NCBI GenBank assembly: GCA_030390025.1
Contig: CM059434.1
Coordinates: 46,624,001 to 46,688,000, forward strand
From: Squalus acanthias
Lineage: Eukaryota
Direction of reading: 5' to 3'
DNA: 64,000 nt
In this document: one piece after another, positions 52,501-64,000 of the stretch
Layout of the letters: each line of letters opens with the position of its first letter
How positions within the stretch are numbered: position 1 is the stretch's first letter
Program-made: the position numbers and the translations under genes
The notes under the pieces: model-generated
Seen by the model: the letters and a program-made list of their open reading frames with translations, nothing else
Told to the model about the DNA's origin: nothing
Database searches by the model: none

Positions 52501-53992
52501 TTCTCCTTCTGTTCTCACTCTGCGTTTTCTTATATTAGGACTGCTCCTCTGGGTGCTACAATAATAATGTGGGCCATAACCGCCCGAGACCCCAACACTC
52601 CCCGCATCCCCCCCCCCCCACCTTTCTGCCAGCCAGGTTGACCTCCGGGCCCCTCAATATTTTGCCAGCCCGGAGCCGGTGAGCAGCAGCGGGACACCCA
52701 TTTGGGACGTGCAACTCGCCAGATATATGTTAAATGAGGCTCAGCCTTCAAAATTGACTGGGATCTTCCCGCAGGTATCGGGCTGTCAGCCCTCGCATTC
52801 CCCCTGCCGGACGGTGGCCCGGAAATTAAATTCTCCCCTTTTAATCTTTAGTTTACACTTTTCTATCGATTCTAACTCTATTTTATATTTTTCCGTTTTA
52901 AATATTTTATTTGCATTTTTTTCTTTAAACCCGAGAGTAACTTATTTTTAAAAAAGAATTCCCAAAAAATGCATTTCAACAGCTTTGCTCCCTTACTGCT
53001 GTACTTTTACACCAGAAATTCTTTTCTCTGCTTGTTTCTGATCCTTTCAAGTTCATAGAAAACAAATCAGAAGGACAAAATACAACTATTTTGTTCACAC
53101 AATGTATGGAACAATAGGAGTCATTCTGTGATCCTGCACTCACAGCTGACAAAGGACGGAAATAGCTGTGGCACCTTGGGTTGTAAAAAAAAAGAAACTG
53201 GGAAGCCTCTCTTAGTTATTCAAAGCATTTAGTAAAATTATCCCAGACTCCTAGTAGCCTCAGACCCATACACCCCCTTCTCCAATGTTCCCAGAGCTCA
53301 GCGCCTTTTTCACTGCTTCCAAACAACATCATTCACCTCTCATTAATCCCAGATCTCCAGCACATCAGTCCCCCTACCCCATGACCCCACAACTTCTGTT
53401 CCATGGTTCCCAGGCCCTGGGATGCTCTTTCCAGTACTCCTGCGTCCACCAACAATCCCCCCTCCAATGATCCCACAATCCACTACCACCATCCCAGTAT
53501 TTCTAGAACTGAGAAACCCCCTCCTACTGTGCCCAGACTCAATGACACCTTCTGCATATTCTCACATCACCCTGTTATTCATTGACTATAATTCAATGGC
53601 CAGGATAATATATAAACCAATGGATCTTCTAAAACCATGATCCACTGGTAATTTTGTAAAAACGGCACGTCTAGTGTGCATTTCCTATTTGTCACACTTC
53701 AAGAGTCACACTTAAATTTCCGTGGCGTACACTTTATAAAGAAACAAAGGCAGTCTTTTGGAATGTAAGGAGAAACCGTCCAGTAACAGAAAACACCTGA
53801 GTCAGAACATTTGGAGACTCTTTATCCCAATCACATTTAAAAATAAGAGAAACAATGAACTCAATCAGTGGTTACTTAACAGCGATTAGACTTTGTGGCC
53901 TTAAGAGGACACTGTTTCATCTTGCACCAGAATATAATGTGAATTACATGGCATAATTCTCCTGCTTATAAAGAGTGTGTTATCCAACTTAC

Positions 53993-54100
53993 CTTGAGCA
54001 ATGCCACGGGAGATCGGCTAGTAATATTAGAAACAGTACATCCATCATACTCAAGCAGCACATTGTTGCGTCACACTTTTGTTAGCTCGGATTTCATATT
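53993..54100 (-). other. Candidate host-gene exon (108 nt, stops in all frames: UTR, start or stop exon)
   Basis: TTTGTTGCTGTTGCAG|AATATG...CTCAAG|GTAAGT. Confidence 0.4.
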
Positions 54101-55167
54101 CTGCAACAGCAACAAATCAGAGTTCAGTAACTATGAGCAGTGACAAAAATCTACCAATAAACAGAATACAATTATGAATTTCAGCCACTTTTTTCTCTTC
54201 TGTCAGCTGACAAAACAGGCAAAAGAATACAATTTATAACAGAACAAATAGATAAAACGTAAAAAATATTTTTTAAGAATTTCATGTAATTCATAAAATC
54301 ACCCAATTCTTGTGCAAATGTCAAGTTTTGCCCCACAAGGCCTAACTTCTGTTAGAGTTATGGGGCTTGAGTTTGGCTGCTGGGACACTGTCTGCTCCTG
54401 CTTCAGCCTCAATGTTCTCATTTGCTGTAGCCCCTTAGCAAAGTCACAGGAAGTACAACCTTTAAAAAAAAAATCTTCCCCATCCGACCAGAGTCCTTTC
54501 TGCCCAATTTACCTGAATCTGACCTGGCCTGACCCACCCCATCCCACTCCAAGCTGCCACAACCCATTTCCAGCTCGTAACGTTCTGTTCCTGGCGCACC
54601 ATAATATTGACTTGTTCCTGATCCGTCAGACCCACTCCAGCCTGTAGTCTGGCCATGACTAGTTCCTGGTGCGTTTGGCACATACCCAACCCATTCCCTG
54701 TTTCTTAGGCCCACTGCCAACTTGAAGCTGTTTTCAACACTGCAGGCACTTTATGCTATATTTGATTACTGTCTTCATAACTACAGTCGACAAATATGGT
54801 ATAAATCGTGTACAGTACTGGAAGCTGGCTTCAGGCCGGCAACAGGCCTGAGGGGTTAGGAGAAGGTCAGAGGTGAGCAAAGCTGGCGAGGAACAGCTAA
54901 GGGCTACAGGGTGGAGGCAGGGTGGGTCAGGGCAGTGTTTCTCAGCCTCTCTCCTCTGTAGTTTTTCCAGAATCTGGGGACTGCCTTTCCACAGCTCTGC
55001 CATATTCAGTACTGCCAGATCACAGGACCCCTCCCCCAGTGCTGTAAAATCCCAGTGTCACCACATCTAAGAACCCCCCACCCAGTGCTGCCAAACCCTG
55101 AGACCAACCTCTCCAGTGCTACCAGATGTCAACAGGACAAATTAATGAAATGTTACATATACAGGGA

Positions 55168-55385
55168 GTGGAAACACTCAGCAGATCAGGTAGCTTATGT
55201 GGAGAGAGGCAGGCAGGGTCAATTTTTCAGGTTGTTGACGTTTTGTCAGTGGTTCTGCCAAAAGGTCATCGACCCGAAATGTTAACCCTACCTTCCTCTG
55301 TTACACAGTTGCTGCCTCACCTGCCGAGTGTTTCCAGCATTTTCTGTTTTTATTTCAGATTTCCAGTATCTGCTGTATTTTGTTG
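55168..55385. mobile_element. Old degenerate head-to-head dimer of PLE termini
   Basis: GGAAACACTCAGCAG.. (minus arm) and ..AAGGTCATCGACCCGAAATGTTAAC..GAGTGTTTCCAGCATTTTCTG (plus arm). Confidence 0.75.
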
Positions 55386-57552
55386 TTTGCCTAGCCAACG
55401 GGTTGTTTGTTTATGCAATTTATGTCTCTTAAAGCTCCAAATAATCTCCCATTCATTCTCCTCATCCTTGCTCAGAAATACATACTGCTCTGGTTTGGTC
55501 CTCAATGTGCAGCCCAGATTTACATTTCCGTAGGCCCTGGGTCTTTTGCATCCTTTCTAAATTTCATCAGCTATTAAACACATTGCCACTTTATTCCCCA
55601 TCCCCAAAGCTGCTCTACTGGGTAAAACCACTCTGTAGCTATATGGCCCTGACCACCTTGCTCCCTTTCTGTTACATGCTCTACGTATTTACATAAGCAT
55701 CTGAAACACCTTTATTTCTTTATCTATCTACCAGCAGTGGGTAACAAGAACACTTATTATTTACTTGTTTTCAAAGAACACTTACTTCACTGTCACTGAA
55801 AACATTTCACAATTTTGTATCCAAATCTTTTCAGCAATTGTGTGCATTCCTCCGCTGCTCCATGCCCCTTGAAACAGCATAATCTCCAGGTTACCATGAA
55901 CAACTGGAATCACTAAAATAGTGAAAGTCACATGGGCAGACTTATACTACAGGACTGGTATCTGCTTACAGTGACACAGGGACAGCAGACAGCCAGCACT
56001 CCGCCAGCATTAAAAAGATTTAAATGAAGTTGAAAACGTTTTCAGGTTGTTTGATGGATTGCCACTGAACGTTGAAAATATCGTTTTGCGCTGGACTGCA
56101 GTGTTATTAACGTGAAGATGAAATCACTTCTGATCAACACAAACTGTGGTACAACATGTCCATAGATTGCCGTTTGTTAATGATCTGTAAGAATGGTGCG
56201 TTATCCCAGTGCACCACATTTCCAAAAGATTACTGTGCAAAGTGAGAGGGGAGTTAATTTGAAGCTGTCATCTTGTGACAGCAGGGCAACAACTGTACTG
56301 AGGAGGAAAAGACCCCTTGTTTACAATAGCATAAAACTTGATGAGAGATCAGCTTTCGGCGTTCAGGACAGATGATCGTGCATGTTAACTGTGTTTCTTA
56401 ACGATTCCCTTTTTATAATGCCACCCCCGATTCCTTTCTGATAATGGGTTGAAAGAAAGATTAAAAGCACAGACAGCTCAGAGGTGGTCAATGTGAGCGT
56501 TAACAGCAAAAGGCAGCGTGTTAAAACTGGTCAGATAGCCCACAAATGTATGAAGTAAGGATGAAGTGTCATTTTGGCTCCTGTTTAAGTTGGCTCCTAC
56601 GAAGTGAGGAGGTTTGGCAGCGCTTCCACTAAACATGGATTTTCTGAGCTAGGCTGATTGGATAACACTAGATTCCTTGTTTAGTATCACATTGCTCATG
56701 GATTACAGAATTGGCCACAGAAAGTCATGCTGCTTAAATGACAGATTCATCCAACCTGTGTTGGTTAGCAGCAGAACTGTGCCATGTTTTATACAGCAGA
56801 GCTAATATTTTCCATCTGGTAATTGCATGCAAAATGTTAGAGGGCACAGGAGTGCAGCTCAGAGCAATGGGCATCTGAAAGTGCTACGCCACATTTAAAA
56901 GGGGCTGTGAAAAGAAAGAGTATGTGCGGTCAAACCCATAGTGGGGTCCACAACATTTAGCCTTCTCATACAGTCAGTTAGATCAAGTGGGCTATGTTGC
57001 AGCCAGTCCAGCACTCATCATTCAAATACAGAGGTTCACTTCATTGTAGGAAAGAGGAAGATGTGATGTAGGTTTTTAATGTTTTACTTTTTTAAATTGG
57101 CTCAGATCCAAGTTAAACTTTGATGGGATGGAGTTTGGATGGGCTTAATATCTGGCCCAATGCAACTATTTAATCTCCACAAGATGAGATGTAAGGGGAT
57201 CTCTTTGGGTTTGAGCTAACTCCAAAATAATATGTATGGTAATGCAAGATTGGAACCAAGTCTGTCAAAGACTCGGTAATCCAATATCAGAGCTCAGCAG
57301 GTCTGCGGTATTCCAGGATGCGGTTGATAGACCAACCTAGACCATTGATCAGATTTGGAGGAGCTGACAATAAGAGTTGTCTCCAGATAACACTGTAAGC
57401 CAGTGCTCTAGTGAGTAGGGTGATCCTATCTGGGAGTATATCAGTGCTTTGTGCGAAGAAGCTCCATGGTTTTAGTTGTATATCCCAATGCGGACTTGGG
57501 GGTCCCTAAACCTTGGCTCTTGTCAATCTGCTGCTAAATTGCCTGGGCTTAC

Positions 57553-57715
57553 ATAAGTTGGTGGAACTCTACAGGGAGGATGTGCGCATTCCATATCAAT
57601 GCATGGAGAATTTTGTTTGTGTGGATTTCTCAGTAATTTGGTTTGAAGACTCTTAAGCGTTTTAAATGGTTCAGACACGTGGGTGACCCAAATAAAATGT
57701 AACCCTTCCTGAGAT
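57553..57715 (-). other. Candidate host-gene exon (163 nt) preceded by a long AG-free zone
   Basis: TATCTTTCAG|ATCTCA...ACTTAT|GTAAGC, open for 54 codons; ACTAAC at 57945-57950 (-). Confidence 0.35.
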
Positions 57716-58914
57716 CTGAAAGATATTACAGATGAACAGCTTATAAGAATGAACAGAGCGAGGGAAAGGAGGGAACCACATACACATGAAAAGAAAAAGA
57801 ATGAGATGTAAAGTGATTCGATGAAGAACAGGAGATGGTTAAATGACAGAAGTGATAATAGTATAAAAAAGAAGTATGATAGGAGAAATTAGAGAAATTA
57901 AAGTCATATGCAAGACCCAGAGAATGTGTGAATAGTTAATACAGGTTAGTTAAGTTGAAGAGATGAAGGAGGCAGAAAAACCTGGCAAAGAGGAACAGGC
58001 TCTAGTGGCCCAGGAATCTGTTGGAAGAAAAAGGCAGCTCAACACTAGGGGTGCAGACCAGCCCACCAGCAGTGTATTGTTGGGGGATTCCCATCCCAAG
58101 CACCAACCCGCTCCCTTCCTATTCACAGAAGAAGCGCGAGTACACCCATTAGCATTACTAGCACCTAAAAAAACAATATTTTGGAATACACTCTAAATGT
58201 AAAACATTGGATCTAGTACTTCATATAGGTATAACACTCCCTCTATTTATGTTAATTTCTCCCACAGATCATCCATAGGGGAGACAATAGCCAGAAACCT
58301 TCCCTTGGACCTCCGCCAAATAGAAGGTATGCATTCTGGGGTGACTTTCCCTCCATATGAGATATCTGAGTGGATATGAATCCTCAGACAAAACTGTCCA
58401 TAATTTTTCAACAAACTGCAAACCTGACTCAGCTGCTGTGGAAAATTAAAATGCCACTCTTGTGCAGTAAGAGTGCTCTTCTAAGTAAGGTTAAGGTAAA
58501 TTGGTGGATAGTATTGACAGAGCTTCACCCCAAACATAGTCCATTCTAAACCCAATCCAAGAGTACCTAATGCTGACAAATCGGTTTCAAAATGTAGAAA
58601 ATTGTTCAGTTCTATAGTGCTGACATCTCTCGGCTTAATAAGCACAGAAAATTAAAAATATATTGCAAACATCATCCAAAAAATAACGTTTATTTAGACA
58701 TTGTGTGCTCTTTAACTCAGGGACATACATTGAAATCCTGCAGATGTGGAGCTGCCAATTTCATTTCATAGGTAGCTAGAGGGACATAAGTGAAAACAAT
58801 TTGACTGCTTTAATCTCCTTGGTTAAATCACAACTGAAAAGCACTTAACACTGCTTCACTATGTGGCCCTTCACTCAATGCTGTGAGGTGTCCAAGGCTA
58901 ACTGTATAAGAAGT

Positions 58915-59135
58915 TTTTAGGATGTGGAACTTACTACCACATGGAGTAGTGAGGCGAATAGCATCGATGCATTTAAGAAGAAGCTAGATAAGCACACGAG
59001 GAAGAAAGGAGTAGAAGGATATGTTAATAGCATGAGATGAAGTAGGGTGGGAGGAGGTTTGTGTGAAGCATAAACGCTGGCATAGACCAGTTGGGCCGAA
59101 CAGCCTGTTTCTGTGCTGTAAATTCTATCTAATGT
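58915..59135 (+). mobile_element. CR1 3'-end fragment
   Basis: Homologous to 26285-26500. Confidence 0.8.
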
Positions 59136-59909
59136 AATTACCTTCTGTAGCACAGGATATTCTTCAGATATTCAAAGCATTCAGCACAACACATGGCACT
59201 TCCCAGCTGTGCCAATTAAACCAAGTAACTGCATATCTTCTTGGGTGCTTCATTTGCTTTTCAAGCCCAACAATTACAGCCTTCACCTTAACAAATCTTT
59301 TGTGTTCATGGTCATCAAGCTTAGGGTTGATATTATTGGAAATGGCATCATGTGTAGCACAGGTCAAGTCATGGCGCATAATTCCACTAACAGTGGCCAC
59401 AGTGTACCCCAACCCCACAATCAGAACCATAGAAGCCCTTTAAGGAGTTCAGAGGCTAGATGTGCACATAATGACTCATGAAGAAAAAAAAATCTGCTGC
59501 TATCGTACCACAAGCTAACGCAGCCACTAATGCTATAATAATTTTTAATAACAATATTCACCAAAATAGGTGAGAAATCATACTCGGTTTTAGTATATGG
59601 CAAAATATTCAAAATATGTTGCCTATTTCCGCAGAATGCTCATTAACAATCTACCAGAAGCATGTTCCAATCTGTCATTTATTTTTCTTTGTGTGTTTTT
59701 AATATTGTTAACGTGAGGACACCAACCAATAGGGCCAACCCCTGTGGCAAGGTGAAGCTGCAGTGACTTCAGTGTCATTATATGACCTTTTTGGTCACAA
59801 CACCATATCTTAATCTACCTGGCACCTTACCACCTGTACCCATTTAAAAATAATTACAGTTATGATTAAATTGATCATCGTTTTAAATTATTTCTGATTA
59901 AACCACTGC

Positions 59910-60068
59910 TAATATCACCTTAATTGTCGCTGGGTCAAAATCCTGGCATTCCATTGTAAACAGCATTGTGGGAGCACCTATGGCTCATCGCCACCTTCTC
60001 AAGGACAACTAGAGATGGACAATAAATGTTTGCCTTGCCAGCGACGCCCACATCCCGAGAATGAATTT
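59910..60068 (+). mobile_element. CR1-like 3'-end fragment
   Basis: Homologous to 32060-32238. Confidence 0.7.
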
Positions 60069-60155
60069 TTTACAACATATTGGAAATAGCTTGGAGATGT
60101 TCCTGAGTCTGACATTACAAGGAGTTAAGATCAGTAGAGATAGATAAGAGTCAAA

Positions 60156-60908
60156 GTGGGAGAAATTTGGTATCGCCATGTTTGGGATGCTAACTTTTAA
60201 AAGTTGAAAAAATTAGCTCCAGGCACTTTTCAACTTTTAAAAAATTTGGGGTTTGCGCTCCAGGAAGGAAGTGGACCGTTAAATCAAGCACTCCATTTCC
60301 TTCCTGGAGCGCAACAGGCAGCAGGCGGGGCAGTAGGTGTGCAGCGCTGCACAATGGGCCATGCAGCGCTGTTGGGTTGGAAGGTTCCTTCCCTCCCTTA
60401 AAGGGAAGGGCCATCGCTGCAGGCTCTGCAAGGGGAAAACTTATCTGGTCCCCGACAGCAGCCGCAATCCGGCCCGATCAGCCCGCTGCACTGCAGCAGA
60501 GTGCCGGGATGATCGATCGCTGGTGAAGACAAATGAAAAAAAAAGATAAAGAGCATTTCACAATTTTTTTCACTTACCTCGGCCACCTCGCTTTTAAGTA
60601 TCGCCCCCGAAGCGCCCGGCCTCCCGATGAACGCCTCCCGCAGCTGTCGGTGTTTTCACCCGGCGATGCTGCAGGGGGCAGAACCGAAGTTCGGGTCCTG
60701 GGCGCTACCGGGGCGATGCGCACAGCGATGGCGTCACAATCTCCGGGCAAAGGAGATCGGTGCGCATCGCCATACCGCCGCCGCAAACCTCCCGCTGAAT
60801 ATAGCGGGTGTCGATATTCTCGCCGCTTCGGTCATTAAGTGCTTAGCGCCCCGTTATCGCCCCCTGGAGGTGATAACGGGAGGTGCTAAGGTTGCCAATT
60901 TCTAGCCC
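60156..60908. mobile_element. CpG-rich MITE family D (Harbinger-like)
   Basis: Termini GTGGGAGAAATT / AATTTCTAGCCC, 3-bp TSD AAA, subterminal TTAGCGCC as in the autonomous Harbinger. Confidence 0.8.
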
Positions 60909-63900
60909 AAAGTACTTCAGTAATCTTCTCTGTCCAATTCTTTAAGTTAATTTAGTTCCTTCATTCTCTCAGACCATTAACCCCCTGCTTGATTTCATAA
61001 GCATTCACTGTTTAAAAACCACAATTAAAATGGAAACAAAGTCAAAATATCAGTAGTCCAAGTTTTCCCCGTCAATTCTTTTGTCTCCTCCTTTCCTGAA
61101 AGCACAGACTTAGACGGGGTGCTGTTCCATAGGCATCTGAATAGATAAGGAGTGGGAAACCCCATTTGGGGTCTACAATTGTCACCGACAGAAACATTTT
61201 CTTTCCTCGATCAGGACTGGATTGAAAAGTTGGTCCCAGAGGTGAAAGGACAGTCATTAGAGCAGAGTTCAAATGAACCGTGCATCCAGCCTGCTGTCAG
61301 AATAATAAAGATGCAATTACTTGCACATTCTAAAATCCAGCTCCATTTTAATTAAAACTTCCCTCTTCATAAATCTTCTTCAGATAGTGTATTAATGTGA
61401 GTAAACATTGTAAGTTGTTATGTAACATTAAACTTCTTATTTCACTAAAATGCAGAAATATTTTAGCACCCAATGCATTATCCCCTCTCTACTTATTATT
61501 CAGCTTCAGAGAGAAAAGCAATACTCCAAGTGATATATGGGGTTTTAATGGAGAATCTTGGCATCGCCAAAGCTTTTATCAGTCTGAAGAATTCTTTCCA
61601 GTTCTTTTCTCAGAGAAATAATTGGGCCCCTCTGGTATCGACAAGCTGAATTTTCTGCTTTAAAACTCCAAATGGAAAAAGGCTCTTCACACATTCACTC
61701 TCTCTCTCTCTTTATGTTACCAGATGACACTAGATTTTAGTCATTCTAATTCAAACTGACCTAAAGCTATATTATGTGTTGAAACTCTACATTTTGTAAT
61801 TAGGGAATAATAGATCTTCACTGGAATTTTCAACTATGGCTTAAATTTCAAGCTTTAAAAGTTGCAAATGAAACTGTGGTAAGTGTATCTGGAGCTAAGC
61901 CGAGAAGGTAATGACCGTAACTTAGTTTTTTCCAACCTCGCATTAGGAACTGATTCATTGTGGTGGACCCATTTTTAAAATGTGATTTTGCTTTGTTGGT
62001 GTAAAACATCATCAGCTTTCGAGAATATGCGTACACGCAAAGATTTTTTATAGCTGTAAGGGAAAAGAAAGAAAATATTCAGATTTAAGAGCTCAGTGTC
62101 GAGGAAAAAGTAAAGATGCTCACATCTATCTGCTGAAAACAAATTATCTGCTTTGTTTTTCTCTATTGATAACAGCCCTCCAGAGCATGAAACCTTCCAC
62201 ACACATACTGTTCATAGCATATTCTCACACCATATTACTGTAGTATCATTTCTGTAATACCCCTGGACCATTTGGCATGGATTATTCATTAACCAGTTCA
62301 CAAAGGAAATAAATATTACTAATTATTCTTTTTTTAAAAACAAGAAATTCTGAAATTATTATTCTCACTCTTACAGTGCCTGATGCCTGCCACTGTTGTT
62401 AAATATAGAAAGGGTAAGCATACAAGTGCTCATGATCCCTGACACACATCATGAATTTTAAAGTCACCACACCAGGAAGAACATTAATAGTCAGAGCAGA
62501 TTCACACATCCATTTCACGGAATGAAATCACTAATGGTCGTATCAATGTGAATAGTTGAGGCTTCCTGAATTCTGGAAAAATGGGTTATTTTTCTAGTGC
62601 GGAATTCTTTTCATCCCAGGCTAAAAATTTATGTAAATATCAATGGATGTTTTACAGTAATAATATTTACATCTTGGAGACACAAAAGTGTTTTCTTATT
62701 GATTGCATGGAGAGAAACCTTTGAGAATATATTAAGCTTTGCATTGTTACCTAAGAAGTTACTGCAAATGTATAAATAACAGACTTCAATTATATTTATT
62801 CTTTATATTCATACTCTCCAGTATGTGCCTAATTTCAACTGTAAACAAATATATTAGCTGCTTGAGCCTCAAAGTCTGGTGTGTGTTAATGTCTACCAAT
62901 TCAAAGAAATTGTGGTAATATAGCACAGGGCCACATCCAATCCAGTAAACAGATTATTGTAATTGTTAAATGGCCGGGTCACAAAACTCTGCAAGTGAAG
63001 ATTGTTAAAAAGGCACAACTTTTAGATTTTAAGGGACCTGCAAACTGTTGTGAAACTAATGCAAGATAAAAACAGTTTTATAGTATATGAAAATACCTGA
63101 CATTGTAATTGCGACTGAGAATGAATAATGAATGCACAATAATGAATAATGAATGCAAGCAAAGAGCACCAGTACTGGCATAAATTCACACGAACAGAAA
63201 ACAAGTTCCAAAATACAATAAGGATTCCATACCTAGTTTATACTTATAAAATACACAAAAGAATGCAGTATTGTGGCCCAATTTTGAGAAAAGCGGGTAA
63301 CACTGAATGTGTGGCCAGGCGAGCACCATTTACCATTGTGTTTAGAAAGCTTTGCAGAGCCGTGATAGTTCCCAACCCACTCAATACAAATGGGCAGTTC
63401 TTTCTAAAGGATAAATCTAGAATCAAATGGAGCACTCTGCAACTTTCATCTCCTATATCTCAACTTTCACTGATTTTTTTCCATATTACACACTGGGACT
63501 TTACTGTGTCACACCTCAGCTTTTAAATCTGAGGATCTGGATTTCATGAGTTCTGCTTTTAAAAGAAGGATTATTTTCTGAGCATCAAGTCTTGGGGAAA
63601 GCATTGGGGTTGTTCCAAATACTGAGCTACAAGTGTGGATTGTGTGGCGGAATTCACTACTCACATGCAGCAACACTGTACCATGGAGTAGATGGCAATT
63701 CCAAGGACATCTGCAGAGGCGCCCTCCATGCTAAAACCCTTAAGGGAATTCAGGGCTTCTCCAATTGATGCTTATACTGTTGACATAGAGGCTGGGGTAG
63801 CAGGGTGGAACAGACATTTCCCTCCAGCTTCAACAGGCTTGGGGATTAATTGTAGGGAGCCTTAAGGCAGAGCATCACTGAACTCATTGATGCTATTAGG

Positions 63901-64000
63901 TCACTGTCATGCCATTCAGTAGCCACAATGTATCAGTTCCCAATGGTGAGGCATGCCTGGAATGGACACAGATGATTGTGCTCTCAGGATGTCAACATAC

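Noticed and set aside
53993-54065. Signal-peptide-like reading MCCLSMMDVLFLILLADLPWHCS
   Set aside because: No compatible downstream coding exon with a recognisable domain was found
59398-59425. CACAGTG heptamer with a 12-bp spacer as a V(D)J RSS
   Set aside because: Nonamer ACAATCAGA is a poor match and no Ig/TCR segments are visible

Overview
Vertebrate genomic DNA, most likely from a cartilaginous fish (inferred from Deu-domain SINEs, LF-SINE-like repeats, abundant CR1 LINEs and Neptune-type Penelope elements). The window is dominated by nested transposable elements. The main element is a full-length two-gene PIF/Harbinger transposon (2354-6516) with TIRs, an ATG target-site duplication (TSD), an intact 3-exon Myb/SANT-like gene and a convergent DDE transposase broken by one CGA>TGA change. 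A second, diverged Harbinger lies at ~42640-46480, and there are many Harbinger-like MITEs. Two Penelope-like element (PLE) families encode RT plus GIY-YIG and carry minimal hammerhead-ribozyme motifs at their 3' ends; these ends also occur as head-to-head palindromic dimers and as a solo insertion with a long TSD. Several CR1, L2 and SINE copies are nested up to three levels deep. Unique sequence holds a series of minus-strand splice-site-flanked candidate exons of an unidentified host gene. No prokaryotic system (CRISPR etc.) is evident. All calls come from reading the sequence by eye; no database search was run.
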